A DNA stretch of 62,766 nucleotides, counting the filler, from a bacterium (GTDB lineage Bacteria > JAMORN01): NCBI GenBank assembly GCA_027063545.1. It is 12 parts of 12 records of this genome, joined end to end, with 100 filler letters (N's around TTAATTAATTAA, not from the genome) between each part and the next. Parts side by side here need not be neighbours in the genome. Positions count along the whole stretch, not along the records: positions 5,550 to 10,990 come from JAMORN010000182.1; positions 11,091 to 16,498 come from JAMORN010000183.1; positions 16,599 to 22,002 come from JAMORN010000184.1; 9 more parts are not named here. One strand, given 5' to 3'. This document shows positions 8,885 through 19,404 of the stretch, one piece after another. Within the stretch, counting starts at the first letter, position 1, and each line of letters opens with the position of its first letter. A model generated the notes under the pieces. That model was given only the letters and a program-made list of their open reading frames with translations. It was not told the DNA's origin and searched no databases. A program made the position numbers and the translations under genes.

Positions 8885-10246
8885 CTATAAAATATATTTC
8901 TCTGTTTCTAAGTTAATTGTATCATAAAGTTTATTCAGTCTTTTATGGACTTCTTTTTTATCTATTATAACCTTTTTTTTCTCTTTTAATTCTGAGAACT
9001 CAAACATCTCTATTTCGAGAAGTTTGCTCATAACTGTTTGGAGTCTTCTTGCTCCTATATCTTCAAGTAATTGATTTAGTTTATAAGCAACTTTTGCTAC
9101 TTCTTTAATTGCTCCATCTGTAAATTCAATCTCTATGTTTTCAGTTTCAAGTAATTTTCGATACTGCTTAATTAAAGAATTTTCTGGTATAACTAAAATC
9201 TTCTCAAAATCCTTATCTGTTAAAGATGAAAGTTCTACCCTTATTGGAAATCTTCCTAAAAATTCTGGCATTAAATCTGAAGGCTTTACTGTTGCAAAAG
9301 CACCTGCTGCTATAAATAAAATATGATCAGTAGAAATATATCCATATTTAGTATAAACTGTTGTTCCATCAAGTAAAGGAAGAAAATCCTGCTGAACACC
9401 TTCCTTTGAAACATTATCCGGCCCTTCTTTATATGAGCCAACAATCTTATCTATCTCATCTATAAAAACAATTCCCCTTTCCTCAACAGCCTGCTTTGCC
9501 TCTTTTATTAAACTATCTTTATCAAGAAGTTTATTTTTCTCCTCCTCTATTAAATACTCCCTTGCATCCTTAATACTCATTCTTTTTTTCTTCTTTTGCT
9601 TTGGAAATAAATCTTTTAAAAGTTCCTGAATACCTGAGGTTATATCCTCATTTGATCCATATACCCCGAAAACATCAATTACTGCCCCCTGAACATTTGA
9701 CTCTTTTACGTTTATAAGAATATCCTCATTTTCATATTTACCTTCATAATACTCTTTTCTAATCCTTTCAATTTCATTATCAAGATCACTTTCATTTAAT
9801 ATTTTTCTATCAAAAAACTTATCAATAATCTTATTTATTAAAATCTCATCAACCCGTTGCTTAATCTCTTTTTCTTTCTCTTTTAACCTTTGATTCTTTA
9901 CCTGATTAATAGCGAACTCCATTAAATCCCTTATAATACTTTCTACATCCCTTCCTACATAACCTACCTCTGTATATCGTGTTGCTTCTACCTTAATAAA
10001 GGGAGAATTGGCAATCTTTGCTATTCTTCTTGCAATTTCAGTCTTTCCTACCCCTGTTGGACCTATCATTAAAATATTGCTTGGTGTAATCTCTTTTCTA
10101 AAAAACTCATCCTTTATCTTCATTCTTCTTATTCTGTTTCTCAATGCAATAGCAACAGCCTTTTTTGCTTCTTCTTGTCCAATAATATATCTATCTAAAT
10201 ACTTAACTATATCTTTTGGTGATAATTCTTTATAATCCTTTTTCAT
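8885..10246 (-). CDS. hslU: ATP-dependent protease ATPase subunit HslU
   Basis: IIGQEEAKKAVAIALRNR, GPTGVGKTE, GYVG pore loop, DEIDK, GRFPIRVEL, GARRL, C-terminal YIL. Confidence 0.96.
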   Translation of the reverse strand: MKKDYKELSPKDIVKYLDRYIIGQEEAKKAVAIALRNRIRRMKIKDEFFRKEITPSNILMIGPTGVGKTEIARRIAKIANSPFIKVEATRYTEVGYVGRDVESIIRDLMEFAINQVKNQRLKEKEKEIKQRVDEILINKIIDKFFDRKILNESDLDNEIERIRKEYYEGKYENEDILINVKESNVQGAVIDVFGVYGSNEDITSGIQELLKDLFPKQKKKKRMSIKDAREYLIEEEKNKLLDKDSLIKEAKQAVEERGIVFIDEIDKIVGSYKEGPDNVSKEGVQQDFLPLLDGTTVYTKYGYISTDHILFIAAGAFATVKPSDLMPEFLGRFPIRVELSSLTDKDFEKILVIPENSLIKQYRKLLETENIEIEFTDGAIKEVAKVAYKLNQLLEDIGARRLQTVMSKLLEIEMFEFSELKEKKKVIIDKKEVHKRLNKLYDTINLETEKYIL

Positions 10247-10261
10247 ATCCTAAATCCCCCT

Positions 10262-10990
10262 CTATAGAACTTCAAGTAATTTTTCTATAACATAATCTTG
10301 TTCTTCTTCTTTTAAAGATGGATAAAGAGGTAGTGTTATTGTTCTTTTTGAAATTTTTTCAGCGTTTTTAAAATCACCTTCTTTATATCCATATTTATTT
10401 TTATAATAACTCATTAAATGTACTGGTTTATAATGAACACTCACACCTATATTATTCTTCTGAAGATGCTCTATTATAAAATTCCTTTTCTCCTCTTCAA
10501 CCCATATTGTGAAAAGATGCCAAGATGTTTTTACTTTTTCTGGAATTCTTGGAAATTCAACCTTATCCTTTAAACTTTCAATATATCTATTTGCTAAAAA
10601 ACTTCTTCTCTCAAGAAGCTTTTCAATCCTATCAAGCTGTCCTACTAAAAGTGCAGCCTGAATATCATACATATTATACTTATAACCAACCTCTGGCATA
10701 TCATACCAAGTAAATCTTTTATATCTATCAACAGCAGATTTAGAAAGACCGTGAAGCCTTAATCTATATGTTCTCTCATATATCTCCTCTATATTTGTAA
10801 CCAAAGCTCCTCCCTCGCCTGAAGTGATATTCTTTGTTGCATAAAAACTAAAACAAGCACCCGAGGTTAAACTTCCCGGTGAAATCCCTTCATATCTTGA
10901 TTCTATTGCATGGGCTGCATCCTCTATAACAGGTATGTTATATTTTTCTGAAATCTCATTTAGTCTCTTTACATTAACCATATTACCATA
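10262..10990 (-). CDS. DegT/DnrJ/EryC1/StrS PLP aminotransferase, 5' partial
   Basis: IEDAAHA, FSFYATKNITSGEGG, GYKYNM, LPLYP. Confidence 0.9.
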   Translation of the reverse strand, partial: YGNMVNVKRLNEISEKYNIPVIEDAAHAIESRYEGISPGSLTSGACFSFYATKNITSGEGGALVTNIEEIYERTYRLRLHGLSKSAVDRYKRFTWYDMPEVGYKYNMYDIQAALLVGQLDRIEKLLERRSFLANRYIESLKDKVEFPRIPEKVKTSWHLFTIWVEEEKRNFIIEHLQKNNIGVSVHYKPVHLMSYYKNKYGYKEGDFKNAEKISKRTITLPLYPSLKEEEQDYVIEKLLEVL

Positions 10991-11090
10991 NNNNNNNNNN
11001 NNNNNNNNNNNNNNNNNNNNNNNNNNNNNNNNNNTTAATTAATTAANNNNNNNNNNNNNNNNNNNNNNNNNNNNNNNNNNNNNNNNNNNN
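10991..11090. other. Artificial contig linker
   Basis: N44-TTAATTAATTAA-N44. Confidence 0.99.
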
Positions 11091-11356
11091 TCAATAGATC
11101 CATCTGGAATTATAACTTCATCTATTTTATCCTCAGATTTATACTTAATAAGTGTTTTTTTTAATACTTCCCAATTTTTATTTTTAGAAAAATCAGTCAT
11201 AAATACTACAATTCTCTCTATTCTATCATTAAATTCTTCAACTATCCTTACCTGAACAAATTCAAATTTTTCCTTTTCTAAATGTTTTTTTGTTTCATCA
11301 AAATAATAATAAACTTTTTCATAAACTCCAGCACCTAAAAAAGTTACAAAAATCAT
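11091..11356 (-). CDS. csx1: TM1812/Csx1-type CARF CRISPR ancillary protein, 3' partial
   Basis: MIFVTFLGAGVYEKVYY...FVQ...VVFMTDFSKNKNW...IIPDG is a TIGR02221-like N-terminus; follows the csm operon. Confidence 0.75.
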
Positions 11357-11369
11357 ATTTCAATTTCCT

Positions 11370-12689
11370 TTATTGTAAGTTATTATTTAAATAATTCAAA
11401 GTTGATTCTATTATTTCTACAATTTGAGAAGAACTTAAGTTATTTATTAGTTCCAATTCTTCTTTTGTATAATTACCATTATTATCTAATAATTCTGGAT
11501 GTGCTATTTTATTTCTTATTAAATCTATTAAACGTTCAATTCTGGTATTTTTAGGAATATAATTAGTTATTATATCTAATAATTGATTTCTTAAACCAAT
11601 ATTGTTAATATTCGTATTTATAACCTCTAAATACATATTATTATTTCTTAAATTATCTATAAGCTGAGATAAAAGAATAACCACTTCACCTACTTTAAAT
11701 GTATTAAGATAAACTTCTATTAATTTTAGAGTTGCTCTTATTTTTTCTATATTATAAATGTTTTCATTAACATTTGATAAAAAATTAAATCTATTTTTAA
11801 ACTCGTTAAAAGCAAATTCTAATATCTTAGAATTCACGTTTAAATTTAAGTTTAAAATTCTAGAATAGTTTCTAATAACTAAATCCATTAATCCTAAATT
11901 GATGCTTTTTGAAAATTCATCTATCTTTGAAGTGTTATTATTTTTATTATCTTTTTTTACCTCTTCTATAAATAAACTAGCGTCATTATAATTTAATAAC
12001 TTATCTACTGCTACCATTTGATTTATTATGTCTTCAAATATGGGAAGTTTGACTACAGGTGTGATATTATTTTCATCTCTATACTCATATATTCCATAAA
12101 TAAATTCTATTTCTTTAATCTTTTTAATAGCATTTTTAAAAATCAAAATTATAGGTAAACTAATAGTTGGAAAATGTCTAAAAGAATGAGTTATATCTAC
12201 ATAAATTTTATCCACAGAATTTTGCAAAATTATATCATTTAAAATTTGAGATAAATTATAATAAAATTCTTTTTGTTGAGTTTTATTTAACAATGGTTGC
12301 CCCAAGATAACAGCATATACTTTCTTTTCTTTTAAATAGTTGATTAATTTTTCTTTTATACTCTCTTCTAATTTAGGATTTTTATTATTCCTATTTTTTA
12401 ATATTTGTTCTGAAAGATTACTCCAAAATTCTTCATACTCTCTATTTTCCTCTATCTCATTTTCATATAAATAAAGAAATAATTCATCCCACATTGATCC
12501 ATAAGTACCTATAATAATACTATAGTCAATATTATAAATTTTTTTTAAAGCTTCTGAAAACATAGATGTTTCTATTATTTGATTATTAGAAAATTTATAT
12601 TTTGCTACTTCATATTTTCCTCTGCCCTGAACTCTTTCTCCTTCTCTTGTTAATCTTCCTGTCCCTAAAAAAGAAAGAAGAAGATTCAT
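11370..12689 (-). CDS. csx1: Csx1/Csm6-type CARF-HEPN ribonuclease (DxTHG family)
   Basis: LLSFLGTG, GTYGSMWD, VDITHSFR (DxTH), C-terminal HEPN RNKIAH (RxxxxH). Confidence 0.85.
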   Translation of the reverse strand: MNLLLSFLGTGRLTREGERVQGRGKYEVAKYKFSNNQIIETSMFSEALKKIYNIDYSIIIGTYGSMWDELFLYLYENEIEENREYEEFWSNLSEQILKNRNNKNPKLEESIKEKLINYLKEKKVYAVILGQPLLNKTQQKEFYYNLSQILNDIILQNSVDKIYVDITHSFRHFPTISLPIILIFKNAIKKIKEIEFIYGIYEYRDENNITPVVKLPIFEDIINQMVAVDKLLNYNDASLFIEEVKKDNKNNNTSKIDEFSKSINLGLMDLVIRNYSRILNLNLNVNSKILEFAFNEFKNRFNFLSNVNENIYNIEKIRATLKLIEVYLNTFKVGEVVILLSQLIDNLRNNNMYLEVINTNINNIGLRNQLLDIITNYIPKNTRIERLIDLIRNKIAHPELLDNNGNYTKEELELINNLSSSQIVEIIESTLNYLNNNLQ

Positions 12690-12713
12690 TTTTATTCTCC
12701 TCGCTAATAGTTA

Positions 12714-13835
12714 TTATTGCACTGGGATTAATTTAATAAATCCGAGAAGATCACCATCAACAGTTCTTCTTGATTTTGGAAAAATTGTATAAATATTTCC
12801 TCTTATATCAAAAAAGTTTTTTATATTTTTATCATTATTATTTATTGTTATATTTAATTTTTCACTTAAATAAGTATTAATATCAGTATATTCTAATTCT
12901 CTATTTTTATTTTCAAATAAAGCAATCCATATAGTATGAGATAATAAACCTGTATATTTACCTATTCTAAGATATATCTCTTGTGTATTTGGTGTATTAG
13001 AATTAAAATTTTCAATCTGATTTAAATTAATACCGTTAGTTTCTGCAAAATTTTGTTCTAAAGTATATATCTGACGGGTAAAACGATTTATTGTGTCAAT
13101 ATCTATAAGATTATTAGTATCTAATTTTAAGGTTAGATAGTAGTTATTTCCATTTTCTTCAAACTTTTTTATCGCTTCTATATAAACAGGAAAATTTCTC
13201 ATATTGTGAAAACTTAGTTTATATAATTCTAATAGATCACATGATAAAATTACATCACTGACTTGTATAGAATGAATTTTATCTTTTATTTCATTCTCAA
13301 TATTATTCACTAATTCTTGCACAAAATTAAAAAAACCATTTAATTTTTCATACCACCTTAAATTAGCATCATTTCTTAAATTTTCTAATTTTGTATTTAT
13401 ATCATTAATTCTTTCTCTTAATCTTTGATAAATTATAACAGATCTAATAAAACCTTTTATACTAGAACCTGGTATTATAGGGTTTCCTACTGAAAATATT
13501 GGTTTATCTATTTCTTTAAATATATATCCTAAATCATCATAAAGAACATATTTTAACTCATTATTTTCTAATCTGTGTAGAATATTTTGAGATAAATTTT
13601 CTTCTAAATTATTTGCCTCATTCCTTTGACTTCTATTTCTTCTTATAATATTATACCATCTTTCTATATCTCTTAAAAAATTTTTTATACTATTTTCATT
13701 TTCAAAAGTATTTATTAAATCATCAAAATTGTATATATAAATATTACCATTTATATAAACAAAATTAAAAAACTTTAAATATTTTTCATCACTTCCTATA
13801 AAGGTTGGTGTTAAAACTTTTAGTTTATACTTCAT
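12714..13835 (-). CDS. csm5: Type III-A RAMP Csm5
   Basis: LKVLTPTFIGS, PIIPGSSIKGFIRS, VSD, LRIGKYTG, LLGFIKL; position after csm4. Confidence 0.85.
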   Translation of the reverse strand: MKYKLKVLTPTFIGSDEKYLKFFNFVYINGNIYIYNFDDLINTFENENSIKNFLRDIERWYNIIRRNRSQRNEANNLEENLSQNILHRLENNELKYVLYDDLGYIFKEIDKPIFSVGNPIIPGSSIKGFIRSVIIYQRLRERINDINTKLENLRNDANLRWYEKLNGFFNFVQELVNNIENEIKDKIHSIQVSDVILSCDLLELYKLSFHNMRNFPVYIEAIKKFEENGNNYYLTLKLDTNNLIDIDTINRFTRQIYTLEQNFAETNGINLNQIENFNSNTPNTQEIYLRIGKYTGLLSHTIWIALFENKNRELEYTDINTYLSEKLNITINNNDKNIKNFFDIRGNIYTIFPKSRRTVDGDLLGFIKLIPVQ

Positions 13836-13840
13836 AGTTA

Positions 13841-14920
13841 TTACCCCTCTCCAAATTTTATTGGAAATTCTATTCCGTATTGGTAGATAGTAAAAGCATT
13901 CAATAAAGATGTTTGTTCTAAATAAGTTATATTTGCTGGGATATTATCTTTATATTGCAAAATACTACCCTCAGATAAATAAATATAGGGTGGTTTTATT
14001 AAATTCTTAGGATTGTCATATGAAGACTCTACATAAGAAATATGAGATTCTATATTATAAAAACTCTTTTTTAAATCAAATATCCTTTTAGCGTAATTAT
14101 ACAAAACCGGAGATAAAGTTAAAACTTTTCTTGTATTATCATATTTATATAAATCTTCAAATTTCTGTATTATTTCATTATTTATTTCTTCTAAAATAAA
14201 ATTCCCCCAACCTAAATTTTTATTCTTACCTAATCCATTTTTTATCCCCAATTCAAATACTTTTCTAAAATCTTCTAAACTTATTAAATTATTATTTTCA
14301 TCAAAAAATACAACTACTAAAAAAGATACATTTTCCATAAACACAGGTTCTTCTAAAAATACCCTTTCTGACTTCTGAAATATTCTATTTACATAATTCT
14401 TTGTAATTACTTCTTGCTTTATTCTAAAATCTAAATTTTCTGATAATTCATTAGAAGATATTAAAAAACTTTTATTTACTATTTTATAATTTTCATTATC
14501 AAAAATTTCAATTTCTCTAAAATTATTTATATCTTCTTCAGAAGCATATGCAAAAAGTTCTTCATAAGCCTGTAAAGATAGGTATTTTAATTTTTTTATA
14601 TCTTTCCTTTTACCTAATATTTTTATCTTTTCTTGTAAATCTAATTCATTAGGATCAAACTCTACTTGAGTATTATATCTACGATTTATTAAATCTGAAA
14701 CCCATATAGGTTTAGGCAAAAAAACAATTTTATCTTTTACAAAAAAAAGTGGAGAAGACAATCTAAATATTGGAGTATAACTAAATTGTTGTAAAAAATT
14801 TATTAAATTTTCTTCTCCATATATTAACTTATAAGCCCATGCAAAAGCCCCAAATAGAGTGTAAGAATTGATATTTTTAAAGTATCCATTAGGGGTTAAT
14901 TTATATACTAATATAGTCAT
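13841..14920 (-). CDS. csm4: Type III-A RAMP Csm4
   Basis: SYTLFGAF, LSSP, FLPKP, GLGKNKNLGWGNF G-loop, TLSP, EGS. Confidence 0.87.
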   Translation of the reverse strand: MTILVYKLTPNGYFKNINSYTLFGAFAWAYKLIYGEENLINFLQQFSYTPIFRLSSPLFFVKDKIVFLPKPIWVSDLINRRYNTQVEFDPNELDLQEKIKILGKRKDIKKLKYLSLQAYEELFAYASEEDINNFREIEIFDNENYKIVNKSFLISSNELSENLDFRIKQEVITKNYVNRIFQKSERVFLEEPVFMENVSFLVVVFFDENNNLISLEDFRKVFELGIKNGLGKNKNLGWGNFILEEINNEIIQKFEDLYKYDNTRKVLTLSPVLYNYAKRIFDLKKSFYNIESHISYVESSYDNPKNLIKPPYIYLSEGSILQYKDNIPANITYLEQTSLLNAFTIYQYGIEFPIKFGEG

Positions 14921-14941
14921 ATCTTTTATCCTTTTTAATAA

Positions 14942-15673
14942 TTAATTATCATCTTCTATAGGATAAACTTTTGTAATATTATTAAAATCAAAATTTATCT
15001 CTACTCTTCCATATCCTCTTGAACCATCTCCACCTAAGTAATCACCTTCTAATAGTCTTTTTGCTCTTTTTAGAAGTTCTTTTAATTCATTGGATATTAA
15101 CCCATTTTCATCTTCAACATCACCTGAAAATACTCTTACAATTATCTTACCTTCAAATTCACTTTCAGGAATAACTCTTTCTGTATATCTTGGATTCTTT
15201 GCTTTTGAGGTTATTCTATCAATAGAATTCTCCACTTTCACTTCTATACCATTTTTTATTCCTAATTGCTCCCACTTTTCAATTGTATCTTCATTAGGAT
15301 ATAAATCTTCAAATCTCAATCTAATAGGTTCATTGATATCGACATTTGATGGATAACCAAAATATTTACATATTTTCTTTATTTCATTATTATTGTAATC
15401 TGCGATTTCAAACTCTCCATATTTTTCATTAAACTCTACTCCAGAAGTCAATTCTAAAAGTGATCTTAATTTACCTTTTAAAGAAGAACCCGGTATATAT
15501 GGAATATCATATATTTTCTTTTCTTCGTTTCTTATGTTATAAACTTTACATGGGGCTTTTATAATTTCTCTATCTACTCCTCCTATTTTTATATTGTCAC
15601 TATTTCCTCCAATATGAAGACCTGTTTTTACTTTTATTTTTACTGGTATTGAAACTATATGTTTTAATTTCAT
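14942..15673 (-). CDS. csm3: Type III-A backbone RNase Csm3
   Basis: TGLHIGG, IGGVD (catalytic Asp), PYIPGSSLKGKLRS, KVENSIDR, NPRYTERV, YLGGDGSRGYG. Start set at the ATG at 15673 after AAGGAG. Confidence 0.95.
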   Translation of the reverse strand: MKLKHIVSIPVKIKVKTGLHIGGNSDNIKIGGVDREIIKAPCKVYNIRNEEKKIYDIPYIPGSSLKGKLRSLLELTSGVEFNEKYGEFEIADYNNNEIKKICKYFGYPSNVDINEPIRLRFEDLYPNEDTIEKWEQLGIKNGIEVKVENSIDRITSKAKNPRYTERVIPESEFEGKIIVRVFSGDVEDENGLISNELKELLKRAKRLLEGDYLGGDGSRGYGRVEINFDFNNITKVYPIEDDN

Positions 15674-15708
15674 CTTACAACTCCTTTTTATATAGTTAAA
15701 TTTCACTT

Positions 15709-16101
15709 CTATTTTTGGTATAATTTACGATATGCTATTATAGTTTCAAATATTTCTATTAATAATTCAAAATCTTCTTTATCGTTTACTTTTTCCATTA
15801 ATTTTTTTAAAAATATATAGTCATCATCATTTAATAACTTCCTACCTTTAGAATATGCTAATATTGCGATTATTTTATATAAATCTACTAAATCTAATTC
15901 TCCCTTGCTTTTTACCTTATACTCCAAATTTCTCAATTCATTAAAAAATTTTCTTAATTGATTAGAATTAATTTTAGAGTTTTTTGCAAACTCTTCCAAA
16001 ATACCCCCAGGCTCAAATAAATCTTTTTTGTGATTTCTTATATCATCATACCCAGCGTTTAAATTATTCAAAATATCTGTGTTGAATTCTTGTAAGTTCA
16101 T
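15709..16101 (-). CDS. csm2: Type III-A small subunit Csm2
   Basis: NQLRKFF, LAYSKGR, FETIIAYRK. Confidence 0.92.
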   Translation of the reverse strand: MNLQEFNTDILNNLNAGYDDIRNHKKDLFEPGGILEEFAKNSKINSNQLRKFFNELRNLEYKVKSKGELDLVDLYKIIAILAYSKGRKLLNDDDYIFLKKLMEKVNDKEDFELLIEIFETIIAYRKLYQK

Positions 16102-16116
16102 TCTATTCCTCCTTTT

Positions 16117-16498
16117 TTATTTTCTTATATTTAATAACACATGTTGAATTATTACGTCTAAATAGTACAAATTTAATACCTTTTCTTTATTAAAAAATTT
16201 ATCAATTAAAAATTTTCTTGCCTCAGAATTTTCTTTTGTATTTCTACCAATTAAATAATAAACCATAGGATATAATTTAGGATGAACTTCTATCACTAAA
16301 ATTTCCTTATTATCTCCATCAATATCAAGAGTTAATAATTCAATAACCTTTTTATTACCATTTTGTTGAACATAATTATTATAATCTTCATTTTTATAAA
16401 AGATTTTTAAAGTTACATTATTTTTGTGAAGATCAAGAAGTCTGTATAAAATTGATTTAGATATCTCTCCTTTATTATAAAATTCTATTAATCTCTTT
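16117..16498 (-). CDS. cas10: Cas10/Csm1 C-terminal fragment, 5' partial
   Basis: Not in the ORF track. KRLIEFYNKGEISKSILYRLL...YYLIGRN...LLNIRK* sits immediately upstream of csm2; catalytic motifs are outside the contig. Confidence 0.7.
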
Positions 16499-16598
16499 NN
16501 NNNNNNNNNNNNNNNNNNNNNNNNNNNNNNNNNNNNNNNNNNTTAATTAATTAANNNNNNNNNNNNNNNNNNNNNNNNNNNNNNNNNNNNNNNNNNNN
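16499..16598. other. Artificial contig linker
   Basis: N44-TTAATTAATTAA-N44. Confidence 0.99.
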
Positions 16599-17635
16599 TC
16601 TCTTCTACAGATCCTATTTTGCAAACACTAGAGGAAAGAAAAAAGTTTGAGCAGATTCAAGAGGAATTTTTTGATATAGATAATATTAATAAATATATAA
16701 CTTGGGTATCTTCTAAGGCAGAATTGAGCGTTAAGGTTAAAAAAGATGGCAAAAAAATGAAAAAGGTTATAAAATATGTAAGAGTAAATGTTGGATTATT
16801 AAAACAGGATTTGGTTACTAAAGGAATTATAACATCCAAAGATGAAATTACAGAGGATTTAGGAACCCCATTTATTATGGTGTTACCAGAAGCTCCTAAA
16901 GGAAAATCTCCACTTGATTTATTAAAGAATGATCCAATAGCTAAAGCTGGAGCTACAGTTATACAATCTTATTTGACAGCAAGAGGTTATGATGTTCAAG
17001 TTCCAGAAGCAGAGGATGTTTTAAATCAATTAACATCTCTTCATTCTCAATTAGAAGGTGTGGAAGATGACCCTCATGCTCAAATTGCTCAACTTATAGG
17101 AGCTGATATATATATCACATATTCTATTACTATAGAACAAGGTAGTTTTGGAACAAAAAAAGCTTCAGTAACAGTTAAAGCTTATGAGACTACAACAGGA
17201 AGATTATTGGGGGCAGAAACAGGTTATAGTCCATCTTTAAAGATAAACTCAGAACAGGCTTTAATTGAAAATGCTATAGGAGATGCTATTAATAATGTAT
17301 TATCAAGAGTAATGGCATATTGGAAAAAAGATTTGAAGAAAGGTGTTAGATATAAAATTGTTTTCAAAATTACAGGTATAAATGGGGATAGGGCAGAAGA
17401 TTTAGGGGATATAATTGCTGATGTTGTAGAATCAAATTTTGATAAAACAAAAGAGTTATTATTTACTAACAAGACTATTAGCTATATTGTATGGGCATCA
17501 CCAGATGAATATAGTTCTGGAAGGCAAGTATATAGAGTATTAAGAAGAAAAATAGAGAGAAAGGCTCGAAATGTTAAGGTTTCTAGGATTGTTGTGAATA
17601 AGAAATTTATTTTAATAAAGGTTTCTCCAAGATAA
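16599..17635 (+). CDS. DUF6175-like (CsgG/FlgT-like fold) envelope protein, 5' partial
   Basis: PFIMVLP, GADIYI, KAYETTTGRLLGAETGYS; frame open to the contig start. Confidence 0.55.
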
Positions 17636-17651
17636 AGAACGGAGTTAGAGT

Positions 17652-19373
17652 ATGAAAAGGCTTAATATATTATTGGCTATATTTTTTGTATTGATTTATT
17701 CAAATATTTATTCCCAACCGGAATGGTATATTAATCCGCCATTAAATAGGTATCCATCTGAACTTTATTTTGTTGGGTTGGGTGCTTCCAAGGTAAGTTA
17801 TGATAAAGCGATAGAACAAGCTGTAAGTGATATAGCAAAACAGATAGAATCAAATGTTAGAGCTGTTTCTAAGTATAAAAAATTTTCTGAGAGATGGGGA
17901 GATAAAGAATTAATATCTGATTATTATAGATCTTCATCTCTTATATTCAGTGCTATAGAGATAAAGGGTTATGAAGTTGTAAAGAGAGAGTGTGTTAATA
18001 ATGAATATTATGCTATGGTAGTATTGGAGAAAAGTAAGTTTGTAAAGATATTAAGGGATGAATTAAAGGTTATTAATAATAAAATTAGTTCTTTGCTTTC
18101 TTCCTCTCAATCGTTTTTTAATAAGGGAGAGATCAATATTGCAATGGAAAAAATATTTGAAATAATGGATTTAATATATAAGGGAGAGGATAAAATTGAG
18201 TTGTTAGCCAAATTAGGCAATCTAACAGAAGATGATAAGTTAAATATTAATGAAGGTGAGCTTGAATCTATAATTTTAGAGATGATATCTTCTATAAAAA
18301 TAGAAAAAGTATCAGGAGATAATCAGCAAGCTTATGTAGGAGATAAACTTCAACCTTTTGTTGTTAGAGTTAGTGATAAAAATGGACATCCAATTAAGGG
18401 AGTTATGGTAGGATTTGATTTGGGTTATGGAGAAGATTTAAAGATAAAATACACAGATAAAAATGGCGAGGCTTCATATAGTATGATAGCTCAAAGGACT
18501 TCAGAGGATGGTTATATAATTATAGCAAAGTTAGTTTTACCATTTCCACCAAAGATTTTAAGAAGAATAGAAGATAAAATAGAAGTTGATTTTAAATATA
18601 TTGGAAAGCCGAGAGATTTAGGTAGTTTTAGTTTAGTAATAGATGCACCTTTTTATTTGAAAGAACAGATATATAATAAAATTAGTAATAAGTTAAAAGA
18701 TTTAGGAATTAATATAAAGGATAAATGCCGAAGAAAGATAAAAGTAAAATTTTATGGAAAGGTTAAATCAGAGATTACGTCAATGACTAGATTAGTGTTA
18801 GTGGAGGGTAGTTTAAATATTTCTTTATATAATGGGACTAAAAAGATAAAATCTATAGAGTTAAAGTTTAAAGGATTTGGAAATGGAGAAAAAGATGCTT
18901 TTTCTAAAGCTATAAGTTCTATAAAGTTGAAAGATAATGTATTAATTTCTTTATTTTCCAATTCAAAAAAAATTGAAAAAATCCCTGTTGTGGCTATTGT
19001 AGGATTTGAAAAAAATAATGTATATTATATTAATATAGAAAATATTTTATATGATTATTTAGTAGATGCTCTTTTAAATACAGGAAATGTGGATATTATT
19101 GATAGAGAAAGTATAAATGAAATATTAAAAGATATGGCTCTAGCTCAAGCAGGTGTTTATGATGAATCTACAATAAAAGAGTTAGGAAAGTTTGTTCAGG
19201 CGGATTATTTTATAAAAGGTAATATAAGTTTTATTTCAGATTATTATGTAATAACTGCAAAACTTATAAATGTTGAAACATTAAAAGTAGAAAAGACTGC
19301 TAAAATAAGAATATCATCTTTAGATAGGTTAAGATATGCTATGGAAAAAATAGCAGAACAAATTAGCCCTTAA
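17652..19373 (+). CDS. Secreted LPP20-domain + Ig-like + CsgG/FlgO-like protein
   Basis: Signal peptide; PEWY...YFVGLG...AIEQAVSDIAKQI (LPP20); KVSGDNQ...PFVVRVSD..G.P (Big_1-like); VAIVGF...IIDRESINEIL...LINVET (CsgG-like). Confidence 0.75.
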   Translation: MKRLNILLAIFFVLIYSNIYSQPEWYINPPLNRYPSELYFVGLGASKVSYDKAIEQAVSDIAKQIESNVRAVSKYKKFSERWGDKELISDYYRSSSLIFSAIEIKGYEVVKRECVNNEYYAMVVLEKSKFVKILRDELKVINNKISSLLSSSQSFFNKGEINIAMEKIFEIMDLIYKGEDKIELLAKLGNLTEDDKLNINEGELESIILEMISSIKIEKVSGDNQQAYVGDKLQPFVVRVSDKNGHPIKGVMVGFDLGYGEDLKIKYTDKNGEASYSMIAQRTSEDGYIIIAKLVLPFPPKILRRIEDKIEVDFKYIGKPRDLGSFSLVIDAPFYLKEQIYNKISNKLKDLGINIKDKCRRKIKVKFYGKVKSEITSMTRLVLVEGSLNISLYNGTKKIKSIELKFKGFGNGEKDAFSKAISSIKLKDNVLISLFSNSKKIEKIPVVAIVGFEKNNVYYINIENILYDYLVDALLNTGNVDIIDRESINEILKDMALAQAGVYDESTIKELGKFVQADYFIKGNISFISDYYVITAKLINVETLKVEKTAKIRISSLDRLRYAMEKIAEQISP

Positions 19374-19404
19374 TATTAATTAAACATAAAAAAAGGAGGG
19401 TTTT

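Noticed and set aside
11091-16498. CRISPR array near the csm operon
   Set aside because: No regularly spaced direct repeats were seen on this contig or elsewhere in the window.
10262-17635. Functional link between the CRISPR genes and the flanking DegT or LPP20 genes
   Set aside because: They are on different contigs, adjacent only through size sorting.
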